44,717 bases of DNA, from the NCBI GenBank assembly GCA_036609835.1, contig GCA_036609835.1_4358.1; one strand, written 5' to 3'. Under the pieces are notes generated by a model that had not been told where the DNA came from, searched no databases, and saw only the letters and a list, made by a program, of their open reading frames with translations. A program made the translations under genes and the position numbers. The DNA comes from a phage. Positions 18,236 to 27,384 of this stretch are shown here, in pieces (positions within the stretch are counted from its first letter, which is position 1; each line of letters begins with the position of its first letter).

Positions 18236-18439
18236 ATGTATGCAATTTGCGAAGTAGTTCAAGAGTTCGATGAAGAGTTCGACGGTGACTTGTGCCGGGT
18301 TAAAAAGGTTCTGCAGGTTTTCCCTGACGCAATGTCTGCTTACAAGGCATTAGATATATTTGAACCTGGAAGATACGGGGATTATGACACTGTTCTGAGG
18401 GTTGTCCATGAGCAGGATTTAAACACAAGATTCCGTTGA
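18236..18439 (+). CDS. Hypothetical protein, 67 aa (moron)
   Basis: Opposite strand to flanking head genes; own promoter, strong RBS and downstream terminator; acidic. Confidence 0.6.
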   Translation: MYAICEVVQEFDEEFDGDLCRVKKVLQVFPDAMSAYKALDIFEPGRYGDYDTVLRVVHEQDLNTRFR

Positions 18440-18440
18440 A

Positions 18441-18470
18441 AACTAAGGCCCCTTAATGGGGCCTTTTATC
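18441..18470. terminator. Bidirectional rho-independent terminator
   Basis: aaactaaggccccttaatggggccttttatc. Confidence 0.65.
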
Positions 18471-18930
18471 ATTCTGGTTTAGCGACCTTCGCCACTTTAC
18501 TGACGGCCTCTACGCCACCGGCATCGGTAACTTTAACGAAGTATTCACCAACTGCATTAACCGTCAGAGACAAGGCCTCTTCCGGGGCGTTTACCACTTC
18601 CTTACCGTCTTTGTACCAGGTCAGAGCATACGGTTCTTTACCCGCCTTAACTTCGACAGTGATAGTTGCGCTGCCATCTGTAAGTTCAGTGTCTTTCGGT
18701 TGCACAGAGAAATACACGTCACCAGCGTCCGCCAGATACGGAATTTCATAAAGCATACCCGCGGCAGAGAGTGCGATACCTGTCTTGTCTGCAAACGGCA
18801 TATCGTCTACTGGTGTACCGAGTACACTTTCATCTTCAATAAACACCACGTTCTCGCCAGAGCCAGACACGCGGGCGTACTGGACTACGCGACGCGACGG
18901 TACATCAGTTACTTTGAAAAAGCCCATCAT
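18469..18930 (-). CDS. Ig-like domain protein (putative head decoration), 153 aa
   Basis: ATITVEVKAGKEPYALTWYKDGKEV...GEYFVKVTD resembles an Ig-like fold. Confidence 0.45.
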   Translation of the reverse strand: MMGFFKVTDVPSRRVVQYARVSGSGENVVFIEDESVLGTPVDDMPFADKTGIALSAAGMLYEIPYLADAGDVYFSVQPKDTELTDGSATITVEVKAGKEPYALTWYKDGKEVVNAPEEALSLTVNAVGEYFVKVTDAGGVEAVSKVAKVAKPE

Positions 18931-19973
18931 TATTCCCCTTTCAGATAATCAGCAACACGTTTATCGAGTTCCGCCATCTGCTTAAGCGTGAGCGGATTCC
19001 CGAAACCATCTACAGATATTACGCGAAACTCTTCCGGCGATATACCGCTGTTACGGAAAATCTTACCTCGCACCGGGCCGAGGGCCTGGTCCTGAAACCA
19101 CGCCGGTTGTTGTTTAAGGAACTCGTAGTAAGTGGTGTCTGCGCTTACCTGGGTTCCACCTTCTGCGCCCTTAGCTGCGCGTTTTGCGCCCTTATCGAGG
19201 AAGTCGAACTCTGAACTGATTACCGGTGCCGTGGTACTTCTGCACCCAAAATGGGCCGGAGGCATCGGCCCTTTACCGATTTCCCACATCATTCCGTCTC
19301 TGGCCCTGCAAATCGTGCTGGTACGGCTGTCCAGCGTTGATACCCACTCGTACCTATCGATGATGTCGTCGTTCTGGCGGTACGTCTCGTTGCGGGCTTC
19401 GTTGGACACGTGAGACAGCGCAGTACGGATTACTGTAGCTGCATGTTTCTCTGATACGTCAGCCAGCCCGCCTTTACCGACTACTTCTTTAACAATCTGC
19501 CGTGTTGTCTTGCCCTGAACAAAGCCCATCTTAACGCCGGTGACCAGGCGCGCCACCTCCGCTTCACCCCAACCTGACATCAGCTTGGTGAAATCAACGG
19601 GCTTGTCGCTCAATGATAATGGTTGAAACTCGGCAGCGGCCCATACCTGCTCAGCGGTAGGCGTAACAAATTCCGCGTCTACGTTGGCGGTCAGTGTCTT
19701 TACGTTCCACTCAGCCTCATACGCCGCCAGTTCCTTAAGGTCTTCTGTCAGCTTTGTCTGCCAGTCGCCCGTAAGCCCCACCAGTGCTTCTTCAAGGTCG
19801 CGTAACAATTTATTCAGTCGGGCAGTGCTTCGCCCGTCGTCACCGAATAACAGCACCTGCCGTTTTATTTCGTCCCGCATCTCCTGAATGAACGGTGCTA
19901 GGTCTTTCACTTCACCAGATGCGGTGCGTTGCAGCCAAATCTGGTGGCTGATTAGTGATGTCAGTAAGCTCAT
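18930..19973 (-). CDS. Minor head / head morphogenesis protein (Mu F-like), 347 aa
   Basis: Position after portal; C-terminal STICRARDG...PPAHFGCRS Cys/His block typical of this family. Confidence 0.6.
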   Translation of the reverse strand: MSLLTSLISHQIWLQRTASGEVKDLAPFIQEMRDEIKRQVLLFGDDGRSTARLNKLLRDLEEALVGLTGDWQTKLTEDLKELAAYEAEWNVKTLTANVDAEFVTPTAEQVWAAAEFQPLSLSDKPVDFTKLMSGWGEAEVARLVTGVKMGFVQGKTTRQIVKEVVGKGGLADVSEKHAATVIRTALSHVSNEARNETYRQNDDIIDRYEWVSTLDSRTSTICRARDGMMWEIGKGPMPPAHFGCRSTTAPVISSEFDFLDKGAKRAAKGAEGGTQVSADTTYYEFLKQQPAWFQDQALGPVRGKIFRNSGISPEEFRVISVDGFGNPLTLKQMAELDKRVADYLKGE

Positions 19974-20054
19974 ATACCCTCCTGTTTCGATATGACAATC
20001 ATATCAGTCGGTAACGTATTGGCATAATCATACGCATTTAAGGTTAAAAAGAGC

Positions 20055-20085
20055 TTGATTAAATTCTACATTCAAATGTAGAATT
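20055..20085 (+). promoter_or_regulatory. Promoter TTGATT-N18-TAGAAT overlapped by a perfect 11-bp-arm palindrome (candidate operator)
   Basis: aattctacatt-ca-aatgtagaatt at 20062-20085; AAACAGGAG RBS and ATG 20116 follow. Confidence 0.55.
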
Positions 20086-20115
20086 TAAACGTACACTTAA
20101 ACAGGAGAAATACAC

Positions 20116-20769
20116 ATGAAACTGCAAACATTAGAGTTCCCTTATGGAGAAATCACTTTTGACCGTGAAAACTTTATTAACGTAAACGAGCTGGTTGACC
20201 AGATGAACCGTTGGCGTTTAGACAACGGCATGGGGGCCAGAGAGCTTCGCCAGGTCATGGCAACGGATGGCTTCAAGATTTTCAAGGAGGAATGCGAAAA
20301 ACAACTCGGAATCGAGAATGCCATAAGGGCGACGAAAGGCCGAAACGGTCGCACCTTTGCATGTCTCCATCTGGCAGTATATATTGCTGAGCAATACAGC
20401 GCCTATTTCCATTTCCTCGTTATCGACCGCTTTATCACACAACGGCAGGTAGAACTACGAAACATTGGCGCGGTGAGCTTTGTCGAGCTTAACGCTGCCG
20501 TTAGTCGAATGATCGAGCGCACGGAGGGAAGAATTGGCCACAGTGGACACTTCATACAGGTGGCTAAAGCGGTAAAGGAATCCGTAGATATCCGCGACGT
20601 AACGGGTTTCGATACATGGGACTCTCAGGATGCGAAGACCAATCAGTTGCGAAGTGACATCCAGAAAGCTCTGGTGACGCTTCTTGACATGGAGGCCGTT
20701 AATACATGGGGTGAACTGAAAGAGGCGATACCTCGGGTTGTGCGTAAATGTGCGGCTAATATACGTTAA
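20116..20769 (+). CDS. KilA-N-like domain protein (putative), 217 aa (moron)
   Basis: KGRNGRTFACLHLAVYIAEQYSAYFHF resembles the conserved KilA-N core; own promoter/operator and terminator; opposite strand to portal and head genes. Confidence 0.45.
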   Translation: MKLQTLEFPYGEITFDRENFINVNELVDQMNRWRLDNGMGARELRQVMATDGFKIFKEECEKQLGIENAIRATKGRNGRTFACLHLAVYIAEQYSAYFHFLVIDRFITQRQVELRNIGAVSFVELNAAVSRMIERTEGRIGHSGHFIQVAKAVKESVDIRDVTGFDTWDSQDAKTNQLRSDIQKALVTLLDMEAVNTWGELKEAIPRVVRKCAANIR

Positions 20770-20796
20770 AACTAAGGCCCCTAGCGGGGCCTTTCT
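20770..20796. terminator. Bidirectional rho-independent terminator
   Basis: aaactaaggcccctagcggggcctttctattt. Confidence 0.65.
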
Positions 20797-20798
20797 AT

Positions 20799-22268
20799 TT
20801 ACTCCTGTTGTTGCGCGGACTGCGGAATTTCTCCTGCTACCTGAGCAACCGCACCCAACGGCAGCGGTGCGTCCCCAATAGCGTTCTGAATGTCCTCATC
20901 GGTCCAGTCGGTTACGCCAGCCTTACGCAACGCGGCGTAGTAAGCAGTAGCTGGTAGCAGGCCTGCGTTAATGTCCGCCATCCACTGAGCGCGGTCCTGA
21001 GCTGTCATCGGTTGCAGGAAGAACTCCATGTTCAGCTTGAATTCAATCTCAGTATCTTCACTAAGCCCAAGCATACCCGCAACCCAGCGCAACGCATCGG
21101 TATACGCCATGCTTACATTACGTGCTATTGTTGCCATGACTGACGTGTCGGCGCCGCGTTGCAGGCGGGCCGATTCCGCGGTGATTTGCTGCGTCGGGGT
21201 GATAAGCTGCGCGCCAATCTGGATGGCCTGATTCTCTTTATCCAGCATATTCTGTTTGGCGAGGTTAGTTTCCGCCGCCTGAACCAGAAACGCATTTCCG
21301 CCGGAGCCGATGTTGTGGCCTGAACGCGACCCCATGCGTATGCCGTGTGGGTTGGCTTCTTTCCACTGCTCCATGCTCATGTTCTCGCCGGGGGCAATGA
21401 ACAGTGTCGGTTGACCTACTATAAAGCTGGCCTCTTCCACATCGGCCGAATTTCTGAAGTGTCCTATATTTAGCTCAGCTAACGGCAGTAAAGGCGCATC
21501 GTCTATAGTGGCGTCGTTGTTGCTTGCGCCAATGAACGTGAACGGGATTTTACCGCGCAACTGTTCGCCGAGTTCCGGGAAGATTTCGATTACTTCATCC
21601 TGTGCGCCACCTTCGGCATCGAAGCGGTAGATGCGCTGGCGGTAGCGACCGTCAATCAGGTCAAGGACGCGGTATTGCTCGCCGAATTTTGTTTCAAACT
21701 CAGCGCCTGGTTCCGAGTATTCCCATGCCTCACGCAATACAACCATCGTCACGCGGTTCACTGAGCCGATGCGGGTGAGTCTCCAGTTGATAATGTTCTC
21801 CGCGGTATAGAATGCGATTACCGGGTTTAATAATCCCGCGTTCTGCTCTGCCGCCGTTGCTGCGGCTGTTTCCGGGGCGTCCACCAGCAACCCGCCACGG
21901 CCTATCGAGTTAATCTCCATCAGCGTATCCTGCGCGTGCTGCCACAGCCCGACACCTGAACCGTCAGCGTTGTGCAACAGGTACTCAAGTTCAGGCGGGA
22001 TAATCTGCTCAGGGTCTTTGCGCATCACTGACCCCGTCATCCCCGCCAGCGTGCGTTTGGTGAAATTGTAGCAGATAGCGCCGTTCTCGTATTCTTCCTG
22101 TCGCTGTGCTGCGTAGGTCTGGTCAGGCTCGTTCTTCCCGACGTTGCGCAGATAGCGGATAAGGTCGCCTTCAAGAGCGTGGCGTACCTTCTGCCATTTA
22201 TCGAAGTGATGCAGCCATTCCCGGTGTTTTGTCTTAACACCCTGATTCTGACCGTTCATAGTTAACAT
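20799..22268 (-). CDS. Portal protein, 489 aa
   Basis: Size and position immediately downstream of large terminase. Confidence 0.7.
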   Translation of the reverse strand: MLTMNGQNQGVKTKHREWLHHFDKWQKVRHALEGDLIRYLRNVGKNEPDQTYAAQRQEEYENGAICYNFTKRTLAGMTGSVMRKDPEQIIPPELEYLLHNADGSGVGLWQHAQDTLMEINSIGRGGLLVDAPETAAATAAEQNAGLLNPVIAFYTAENIINWRLTRIGSVNRVTMVVLREAWEYSEPGAEFETKFGEQYRVLDLIDGRYRQRIYRFDAEGGAQDEVIEIFPELGEQLRGKIPFTFIGASNNDATIDDAPLLPLAELNIGHFRNSADVEEASFIVGQPTLFIAPGENMSMEQWKEANPHGIRMGSRSGHNIGSGGNAFLVQAAETNLAKQNMLDKENQAIQIGAQLITPTQQITAESARLQRGADTSVMATIARNVSMAYTDALRWVAGMLGLSEDTEIEFKLNMEFFLQPMTAQDRAQWMADINAGLLPATAYYAALRKAGVTDWTDEDIQNAIGDAPLPLGAVAQVAGEIPQSAQQQE

Positions 22269-22280
22269 TTAATAATCCTC

Positions 22281-23531
22281 TTAAAGTGCGAAAGTCACCG
22301 GGATGTTGATTACTGGTTTGACCACCGGCATCTCATAAACTACAGGATAGCCGAGAGCATCAGCCATATGGTCAATGACGCCGTCTTTAGCCGGCTCTCC
22401 GTTATCGTCGTATGCCTGCTGTTCCAGCGTCTTGGCTATCTCAGGACATAAGTGGTCATTAACCCACAGCTTACCTTTTTCCAGCGCGGTGTTCACGGCT
22501 AAAACGCGGTCTTTAACCGGGGGGTTGGCTGATTTAGCGCGAACATCGAAACCCGCCTGCTGGAGTAATGCAATATCAGAGATTGACGCCGAGTTTGTCT
22601 TACGGTTCTTGCCGCTAGCGTCGGGGTAAACGACGATGCGGTGGCCTTGTGACTTCCACTTCTCGGTAATTACGCGCACGGTGTCCGGCGTATCGAACAG
22701 GCCCTTCAGTTCTGCAACCGCGTGCCATCCATCTTTACGCTGCACATACACGGCGCTGGCGTTCTTCGTAACGTTGAAGTCCTGCCCGATGTACAGCGTG
22801 TCGCCCGGTTGAATTGTCTCTTTGCTGCGGTGCTTGCGTCGGTCGTATGCGTAATACACGCTTCCGGATGTCAGGTTGACAAACTCACCGTTCAGATACG
22901 CGTTAATCAGTTGCGCCGGGTAAGTCTCAGTCAGCGAGCTAATGTAATCCGGCGGCAGGAATCTGGCGTTCTCGTGAGTGGACGCCTGCACCATTGAGTA
23001 ACTCGGCGTCGGGTTCTCCTTGAACTTGGCGTAAACGAACTTGAACCCTTCCGGAGTCGTGGTGACGGAGATGTGGTTAATTACCCCCGGGATAACCAGA
23101 CGCATGCGGGCTACGATTTTGTTCCACGCCAGCTCGGCTTTCTCACGGCTCAATACGTCCAGCTCATCCACGACCGCAGCCGCGATTTTGAAGCCGACTA
23201 TCGAGCCGGGGTTATCCATCGAGCGGCAGATAACAGTTCCGAGCACCGTCTTACCGCGAGTGACCACGACTTCTTTGTCGCCAGATTTAACCAGCACATC
23301 GAGGCCGAGGAGGTTAGCCGCTTCCTCGAATGTCGGGTAGAAGATGTCGCGGATAGCCGGGTAGGTGGGGCCGAAGTAGCCCAGGCGGGTACCCGGGTTC
23401 CGGAGCATGAACGTAAGCAGGTCGAGACAGCCGACAAATGTCTTGCCGCTACCGAAGCCTCCGACATAGGCCTTGTATTTGTTATCGCAATTCAGGAACA
23501 GTGCCTGTGGTGCGGATAGCTGAATACTCAT
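22281..23531 (-). CDS. Terminase large subunit, 416 aa
   Basis: Walker A VGGFGSGKTFVG near N-terminus; acidic nuclease-like C-terminal half; follows small terminase. Confidence 0.8.
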   Translation of the reverse strand: MSIQLSAPQALFLNCDNKYKAYVGGFGSGKTFVGCLDLLTFMLRNPGTRLGYFGPTYPAIRDIFYPTFEEAANLLGLDVLVKSGDKEVVVTRGKTVLGTVICRSMDNPGSIVGFKIAAAVVDELDVLSREKAELAWNKIVARMRLVIPGVINHISVTTTPEGFKFVYAKFKENPTPSYSMVQASTHENARFLPPDYISSLTETYPAQLINAYLNGEFVNLTSGSVYYAYDRRKHRSKETIQPGDTLYIGQDFNVTKNASAVYVQRKDGWHAVAELKGLFDTPDTVRVITEKWKSQGHRIVVYPDASGKNRKTNSASISDIALLQQAGFDVRAKSANPPVKDRVLAVNTALEKGKLWVNDHLCPEIAKTLEQQAYDDNGEPAKDGVIDHMADALGYPVVYEMPVVKPVINIPVTFAL

Positions 23532-24073
23532 TCCTCTACCCCACCCATGTTCGTTGTTACGATTTTACCTACAGGCTCCGCAACACTGAAAACAATCTCA
23601 GTCGGTGCTGGTTCTTCGGTGGATGCAACCGGTTTCTCTTTGCTGAGGCCCAGTTTAGCCGCGGCAAACGTAGCCGAGATGCCCGCAGCCCCTGTCTCAG
23701 TGAAGTATGCCTCTTCCAGCGCCTGTGCTGTCTCCCAGGCTTCTGCAAATGCGGGAATCTCACGCAGCCAAAGCTTAATAATCGGGATAGTGACTCCGAT
23801 GTGTAAGGCGAAGCGGGCCAGTGACGGTGGTTTATCCTGAATCAGCGGGCGTTCGTCACCCTTAGACGTAGGCACAAGCTCCCACGACGTGCGGTCGAAG
23901 AACTCGATTAGTGCATCGCAATAGCCCGGGTCCCACAACGCGGCGGAATTACGGGATGATTGATAAAGGCTCTGTTTACCGCGCGGTCGTTTACGGCGAC
24001 GGTTTGCGCTAACAGCTTCTTCATGTGCAGCTTGCACCACCTCAGGTGATGGCTGCTTGAGTTTCAGCTTCAT
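23528..24073 (-). CDS. Terminase small subunit (putative), about 181 aa
   Basis: ATG 24073 (MKLKLKQ) with AAGGGGA RBS; basic N-terminal region; overlaps large terminase start. Confidence 0.5.
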   Translation of the reverse strand: MKLKLKQPSPEVVQAAHEEAVSANRRRKRPRGKQSLYQSSRNSAALWDPGYCDALIEFFDRTSWELVPTSKGDERPLIQDKPPSLARFALHIGVTIPIIKLWLREIPAFAEAWETAQALEEAYFTETGAAGISATFAAAKLGLSKEKPVASTEEPAPTEIVFSVAEPVGKIVTTNMGGVEE

Positions 24074-24452
24074 AGAATCCCCTTGCATATGCGTCTGACC
24101 ATCAGAGCGCACCAGACGCGCCCTACGCGTCTAAAGGGATTATATAAGTGGATTGGGCGGGATGTACAGAAAAGCCATCCGTAGATGGCTTGATGGTCAG
24201 GATATGGCCTTAAATATGAAGGCTACTGTAACACACGCGGCGAAGAACGTAACGCAGTTTAGCAGCCATTGCACGACCCAATATCGATATGGTTTATTTA
24301 CAATCCAGTCACTTATTTTATCCAGAATATCTTTCATCTCTCGCTCTCCGATCAGTTATACAGTCCGTGTCGTGGTGCTCTTTTACCATCGCCGCCGTAA
24401 TGGTCGTTAGCTACGGCTATAGCCCAGGCGTTCGGGATGATTAGTAGCCTCA

Positions 24453-24653
24453 TCAGCAAATATCTTCCAGTACATCGTAATTATCGCTTAGATACTGGAA
24501 TGCAGCCCCTCTTTCTACAAACTCATCGCCAATGGCGAATGTTCCATCAGAGACATCGATTAGGAGGTCATCACGCCCGATAAACTGGAATACCACCTGA
24601 CCTCCATCATCAAGAAGCGTATGCAGCATAAGTAACAATAGTTTTTTGCTCAT
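24453..24653 (-). CDS. Small acidic protein of unknown function, 66 aa
   Basis: Asp/Glu-rich (LLDDGG, DDLLIDVSDG, DNYDVLEDIC); ATGA overlap with upstream gene. Confidence 0.45.
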   Translation of the reverse strand: MSKKLLLLMLHTLLDDGGQVVFQFIGRDDLLIDVSDGTFAIGDEFVERGAAFQYLSDNYDVLEDIC

Positions 24654-24886
24654 TCCCCGCCCTCCTCTTTAGCAATACGTTGCTCTGTTTTAGTGATACC
24701 GCGGCGCGTGAATAACACCGGGCTTGTCTTAACGTGCGTCATAAGGCGGTTATTATAAATTACATGGCGCTCGCATTTCACGTCTTTGCTGTACTTCGCA
24801 ATCGTCATTTCGTTGATGCCGGTTTGCCGACATGTCTCCGCCATCGTGCCAAATTCTTTAATCAGGTTAGGAATGCTGGTAATCAT
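24650..24886 (-). CDS. Small HTH-like protein, 78 aa
   Basis: ATG 24886 in ATGA overlap with preceding small ORF; MAETCRQTGINEMTIAKY is helix-turn-helix-like. Confidence 0.45.
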   Translation of the reverse strand: MITSIPNLIKEFGTMAETCRQTGINEMTIAKYSKDVKCERHVIYNNRLMTHVKTSPVLFTRRGITKTEQRIAKEEGGE

Positions 24887-25053
24887 CCTAAGAAATTCCT
24901 CGTTGTCCACATCGCATTCGGATATTTGTTATCGCGGTCCTGCACCACGGCGACCATGTTACCACGTTGCACCAGGCAGAAGTGACGCTGTTGCTCGCCG
25001 TTGTAACGGCGCCAGATTGCTTCTTCGATTGCTGCGTTGATGTCGCTGAACAT
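24883..25053 (-). CDS. Small hypothetical protein, 56 aa (not in ORF track)
   Basis: ATG 25053 after GGGG-rich RBS; stop overlaps next start. Confidence 0.3.
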   Translation of the reverse strand: MFSDINAAIEEAIWRRYNGEQQRHFCLVQRGNMVAVVQDRDNKYPNAMWTTRNFLG

Positions 25054-25140
25054 TAGTATCTACCCCACAGAAAACCGACCAATAGCCCAATGAAGTAACT
25101 AAGACCAACCAGACTTATAACAACCTCAAGACTCATGCTC

Positions 25141-25323
25141 TCACCCCACTATCTCATCGCCAAGCCACGCCGTTTCTCGTATATCGTCTACTACACACGC
25201 AGCGTGCTCACGGCTAATTGCAAAAATGTAGAAGCTAAACTTCTTCCCGTCGGCGTCGATGTGGTTAACCGAGTATGGTTTCCACAGGACGCCATCAATA
25301 ACTACCGGTTCAGGCGCTTTCAT
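25141..25323 (-). CDS. Hypothetical early protein, about 60 aa
   Basis: ORF-track ORF 25141..25332; ATG 25323 preferred; in coupled gene chain. Confidence 0.4.
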   Translation of the reverse strand: MKAPEPVVIDGVLWKPYSVNHIDADGKKFSFYIFAISREHAACVVDDIRETAWLGDEIVG

Positions 25324-25507
25324 ACCCATCACCCGAGGCTTTGTTAAGGTTGAAGCGGTTAATCAGTTCACGGCGTGTCTCGTAGAGCGACTCTACCATT
25401 TGCTCGGCTACCGCGATTTTAGTATTCAGGACGTGCATCACGTGGCTAATGTCTACGCCGCTGTTAACGGCCTCAACCATCATCTTTTCGTAGTCGCGGT
25501 CAGTCAT
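25310..25507 (-). CDS. Hypothetical early protein, 65 aa
   Basis: ATG 25507 in ATGA overlap with upstream small ORF. Confidence 0.45.
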   Translation of the reverse strand: MTDRDYEKMMVEAVNSGVDISHVMHVLNTKIAVAEQMVESLYETRRELINRFNLNKASGDGYESA

Positions 25508-25662
25508 TCTTTACGCTCTCCCCACATGCGATTAAGATACTTGTTCTTGTCCGGCCCGGGGAAACTGTTGCGTTTCATCAGTTCCTCGCGTGACGGGAAC
25601 GGGGTGTTACTGACTTTACGGCCTACTCGTAATGGTTGGTTTATTGGGCCTTGTTCGCTCAT
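25504..25662 (-). CDS. Small hypothetical protein, 52 aa (not in ORF track)
   Basis: ATG 25662 in ATGA overlap with 25659..25943; GGAGAGAAGAA RBS. Confidence 0.3.
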   Translation of the reverse strand: MSEQGPINQPLRVGRKVSNTPFPSREELMKRNSFPGPDKNKYLNRMWGERKE

Positions 25663-25943
25663 TTCTTCTCTCCTCTGTATCCGGTTACAGCGCTTCCGCT
25701 GTTAGGTATTCCGTTTATATCATCAACAACTATCGTATCCTTACTTATACAGCGTCTGTAATAATCTTCGGAATTGCGCTCACCTAGATTAAGCACCCAC
25801 TCCATCCCTTCGCCGTCTGCATCCCACGGGCATTGATGTTTAGCCAACACCTGTTTCCAGTCCGCGCGGTCTATGCGAGAAAGTGTCTTATGCTTTCGCG
25901 ACACAACCCTGTAACCCGCGCTAATTAACTGTTGGTTTATCAT
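25659..25943 (-). CDS. Hypothetical early protein, 94 aa
   Basis: ORF with ATGA coupling to both neighbours. Confidence 0.5.
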   Translation of the reverse strand: MINQQLISAGYRVVSRKHKTLSRIDRADWKQVLAKHQCPWDADGEGMEWVLNLGERNSEDYYRRCISKDTIVVDDINGIPNSGSAVTGYRGEKK

Positions 25944-26089
25944 TTCTTCTCTCCTGCATAAGCTGCTTTCAGTGTCTGCATCGCAGCGAACCAGAACGCG
26001 GCCGCGGGGATGCTGTTGCTCAGGTTACTAACTGCGATGCGCGCCATCAGTTGCGCGTCTTTGAATGCTTCGATATCTGTGATTTTCAT
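25940..26089 (-). CDS. Small hypothetical protein, 49 aa (not in ORF track)
   Basis: ATG 26089 with GGAGTAGAGAAG RBS, first gene after promoter 26122-26150. Confidence 0.35.
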   Translation of the reverse strand: MKITDIEAFKDAQLMARIAVSNLSNSIPAAAFWFAAMQTLKAAYAGEKK

Positions 26090-26121
26090 CTTCTCTACTC
26101 CGCTCTCGTTGTCGATGGAGT

Positions 26122-26150
26122 AAATATAATAGGGTCGATGGTAATAGTCA
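26122..26150 (-). promoter_or_regulatory. Sigma70-type promoter TTGACT-N17-TATATT (minus strand)
   Basis: Reverse complement reads ttgactattaccatcgaccctattatatt; just downstream of the lysis-cassette terminator. Confidence 0.5.
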
Positions 26151-26169
26151 ACTAGTCATTGCAGAAAAT

Positions 26170-26206
26170 AGATAAAAAAAATCCCGGCTGGGTCAGGGCC
26201 GGGATA
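26170..26206 (-). terminator. Rho-independent terminator after the endolysin gene
   Basis: atcccggctgggtcagggccgggat stem flanked by an 8-A run on plus strand (T-run on minus). Confidence 0.7.
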
Positions 26207-26269
26207 AAACTGGAGAGTAGAGGGATGGAGCAGGAGGTGATTTAAGTATCGTCGGATTAGTCTTATGTG

Positions 26270-26768
26270 TCAACCTTTCACCGCGCGCCCAATAGCCTCA
26301 GCCTCTTGCCACGGTTTACCGTCGAACAGCGCCAGACGACCGGCGGTACGACGACGCAGGCCTAGTAACGGTTTGCCGTTCTGGTTGATGAACAGCGCCA
26401 GCTTAGCCCGCAGCGTTGCAATATCACCAGAACGCAGTGCCTTACCCGTGCCGGTAGTAGCAGCAATCACACCAGCACCTGCGTTATACACCAGGTCGCA
26501 CACTGCATCGAACTGTGCCTGTGTCAATGAATGGTGTGCTGCTGCGTCAACCGCAGCTACGGCCTTAGCCATATCACGATTAAGTAACAGGAGGCCTTGT
26601 CCTGGAGTGATGGTCTGCCCCGCCTTAACATGCGGGCCATAGCTTCCATACCCAATAGTCAGGTACTTCTCGTTCGGTGTAGCGCGATACGCGGTTCCGC
26701 GGAATCCCTCGAACGCGGCGGTGAATTTGATGCCATTATCTGAAATGTTTCGAGACACGCTTATGTCC
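26270..26768 (-). CDS. Endolysin, T4-lysozyme-like glycoside hydrolase (GH24-type), 166 aa
   Basis: GTG 26768 with GGAGGA RBS; NGIKFTAAFEGFRGTAYRATPNEKYLTIGYG catalytic-region signature. Confidence 0.75.
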
Positions 26769-27008
26769 TCCGTACGACAGCCACGCCTGACGAATCTGGC
26801 GCAGCGCAACTAAAGTGATTAATGTCTCAGGCAGCGTAGGTGACATGCTGCCCTGTAACAGGTGGATACATCCGGCGGCGCAGACAATAGCTGTCAGGAT
26901 ATAGAGCACCCGGCCAAATAGCCCGTCGTCAACGCTGGGATGATACACATTAAACAGCGATGTGCTCCCGATTGCGAGCATACCACCAAACCAGAATAAC
27001 TCATTCAT
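26736..27008 (-). CDS. Two-TM membrane protein (holin/antiholin-like), 90 aa
   Basis: ATG 27008 (ATGAATGA overlap with upstream stop) after GGAGGTGG; two hydrophobic helices. Confidence 0.5.
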   Translation of the reverse strand: MNELFWFGGMLAIGSTSLFNVYHPSVDDGLFGRVLYILTAIVCAAGCIHLLQGSMSPTLPETLITLVALRQIRQAWLSYGGHKRVSKHFR

Positions 27009-27309
27009 TACCACCTCCGCGACGTGCGATGTATTCTCCGGCGACAATGCCAGAGAGACGGGAATAAATTGGCATCCAGAGAATGGCAATGATGAATCCA
27101 AGGCCCGCTATTTCGCGTTCACCTGCGATACCGAACCATTGAGCGGCGAGAGGCGCACCGAATACGGCGCACGCAAAGCCAGTGGCGAGAAAACAGAGAG
27201 CATCGACAGGGCCGGTAATAGTGGCTTTGTGTTGCCGTAAGCCTATTACCCCACCAGCTAATGCGGCAGCGAGAAGCCACCCCGTCACTGTTTCAGTAAA
27301 TTTATCCAA
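27001..27309 (-). CDS. Holin (putative, 3 TM), 102 aa
   Basis: Three hydrophobic segments and charged C-terminus RRGGGNE; directly upstream of endolysin. Confidence 0.6.
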   Translation of the reverse strand: MDKFTETVTGWLLAAALAGGVIGLRQHKATITGPVDALCFLATGFACAVFGAPLAAQWFGIAGEREIAGLGFIIAILWMPIYSRLSGIVAGEYIARRGGGNE

Positions 27310-27384
27310 GATGAATCCTCCAGGTGCGTATTAAGTATGCAGTAACTGGAGGATAGCACGGTTAGGAATTATCTTAATAACGGT

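Noticed and set aside
24153-24410. 85-aa plus-strand ORF upstream of the small terminase gene
   Set aside because: No RBS and non-protein-like sequence on the opposite strand to all neighbours; a 46-aa minus-strand membrane ORF (24197..24337) with a GGAGAG RBS is a more plausible reading but too uncertain to list.
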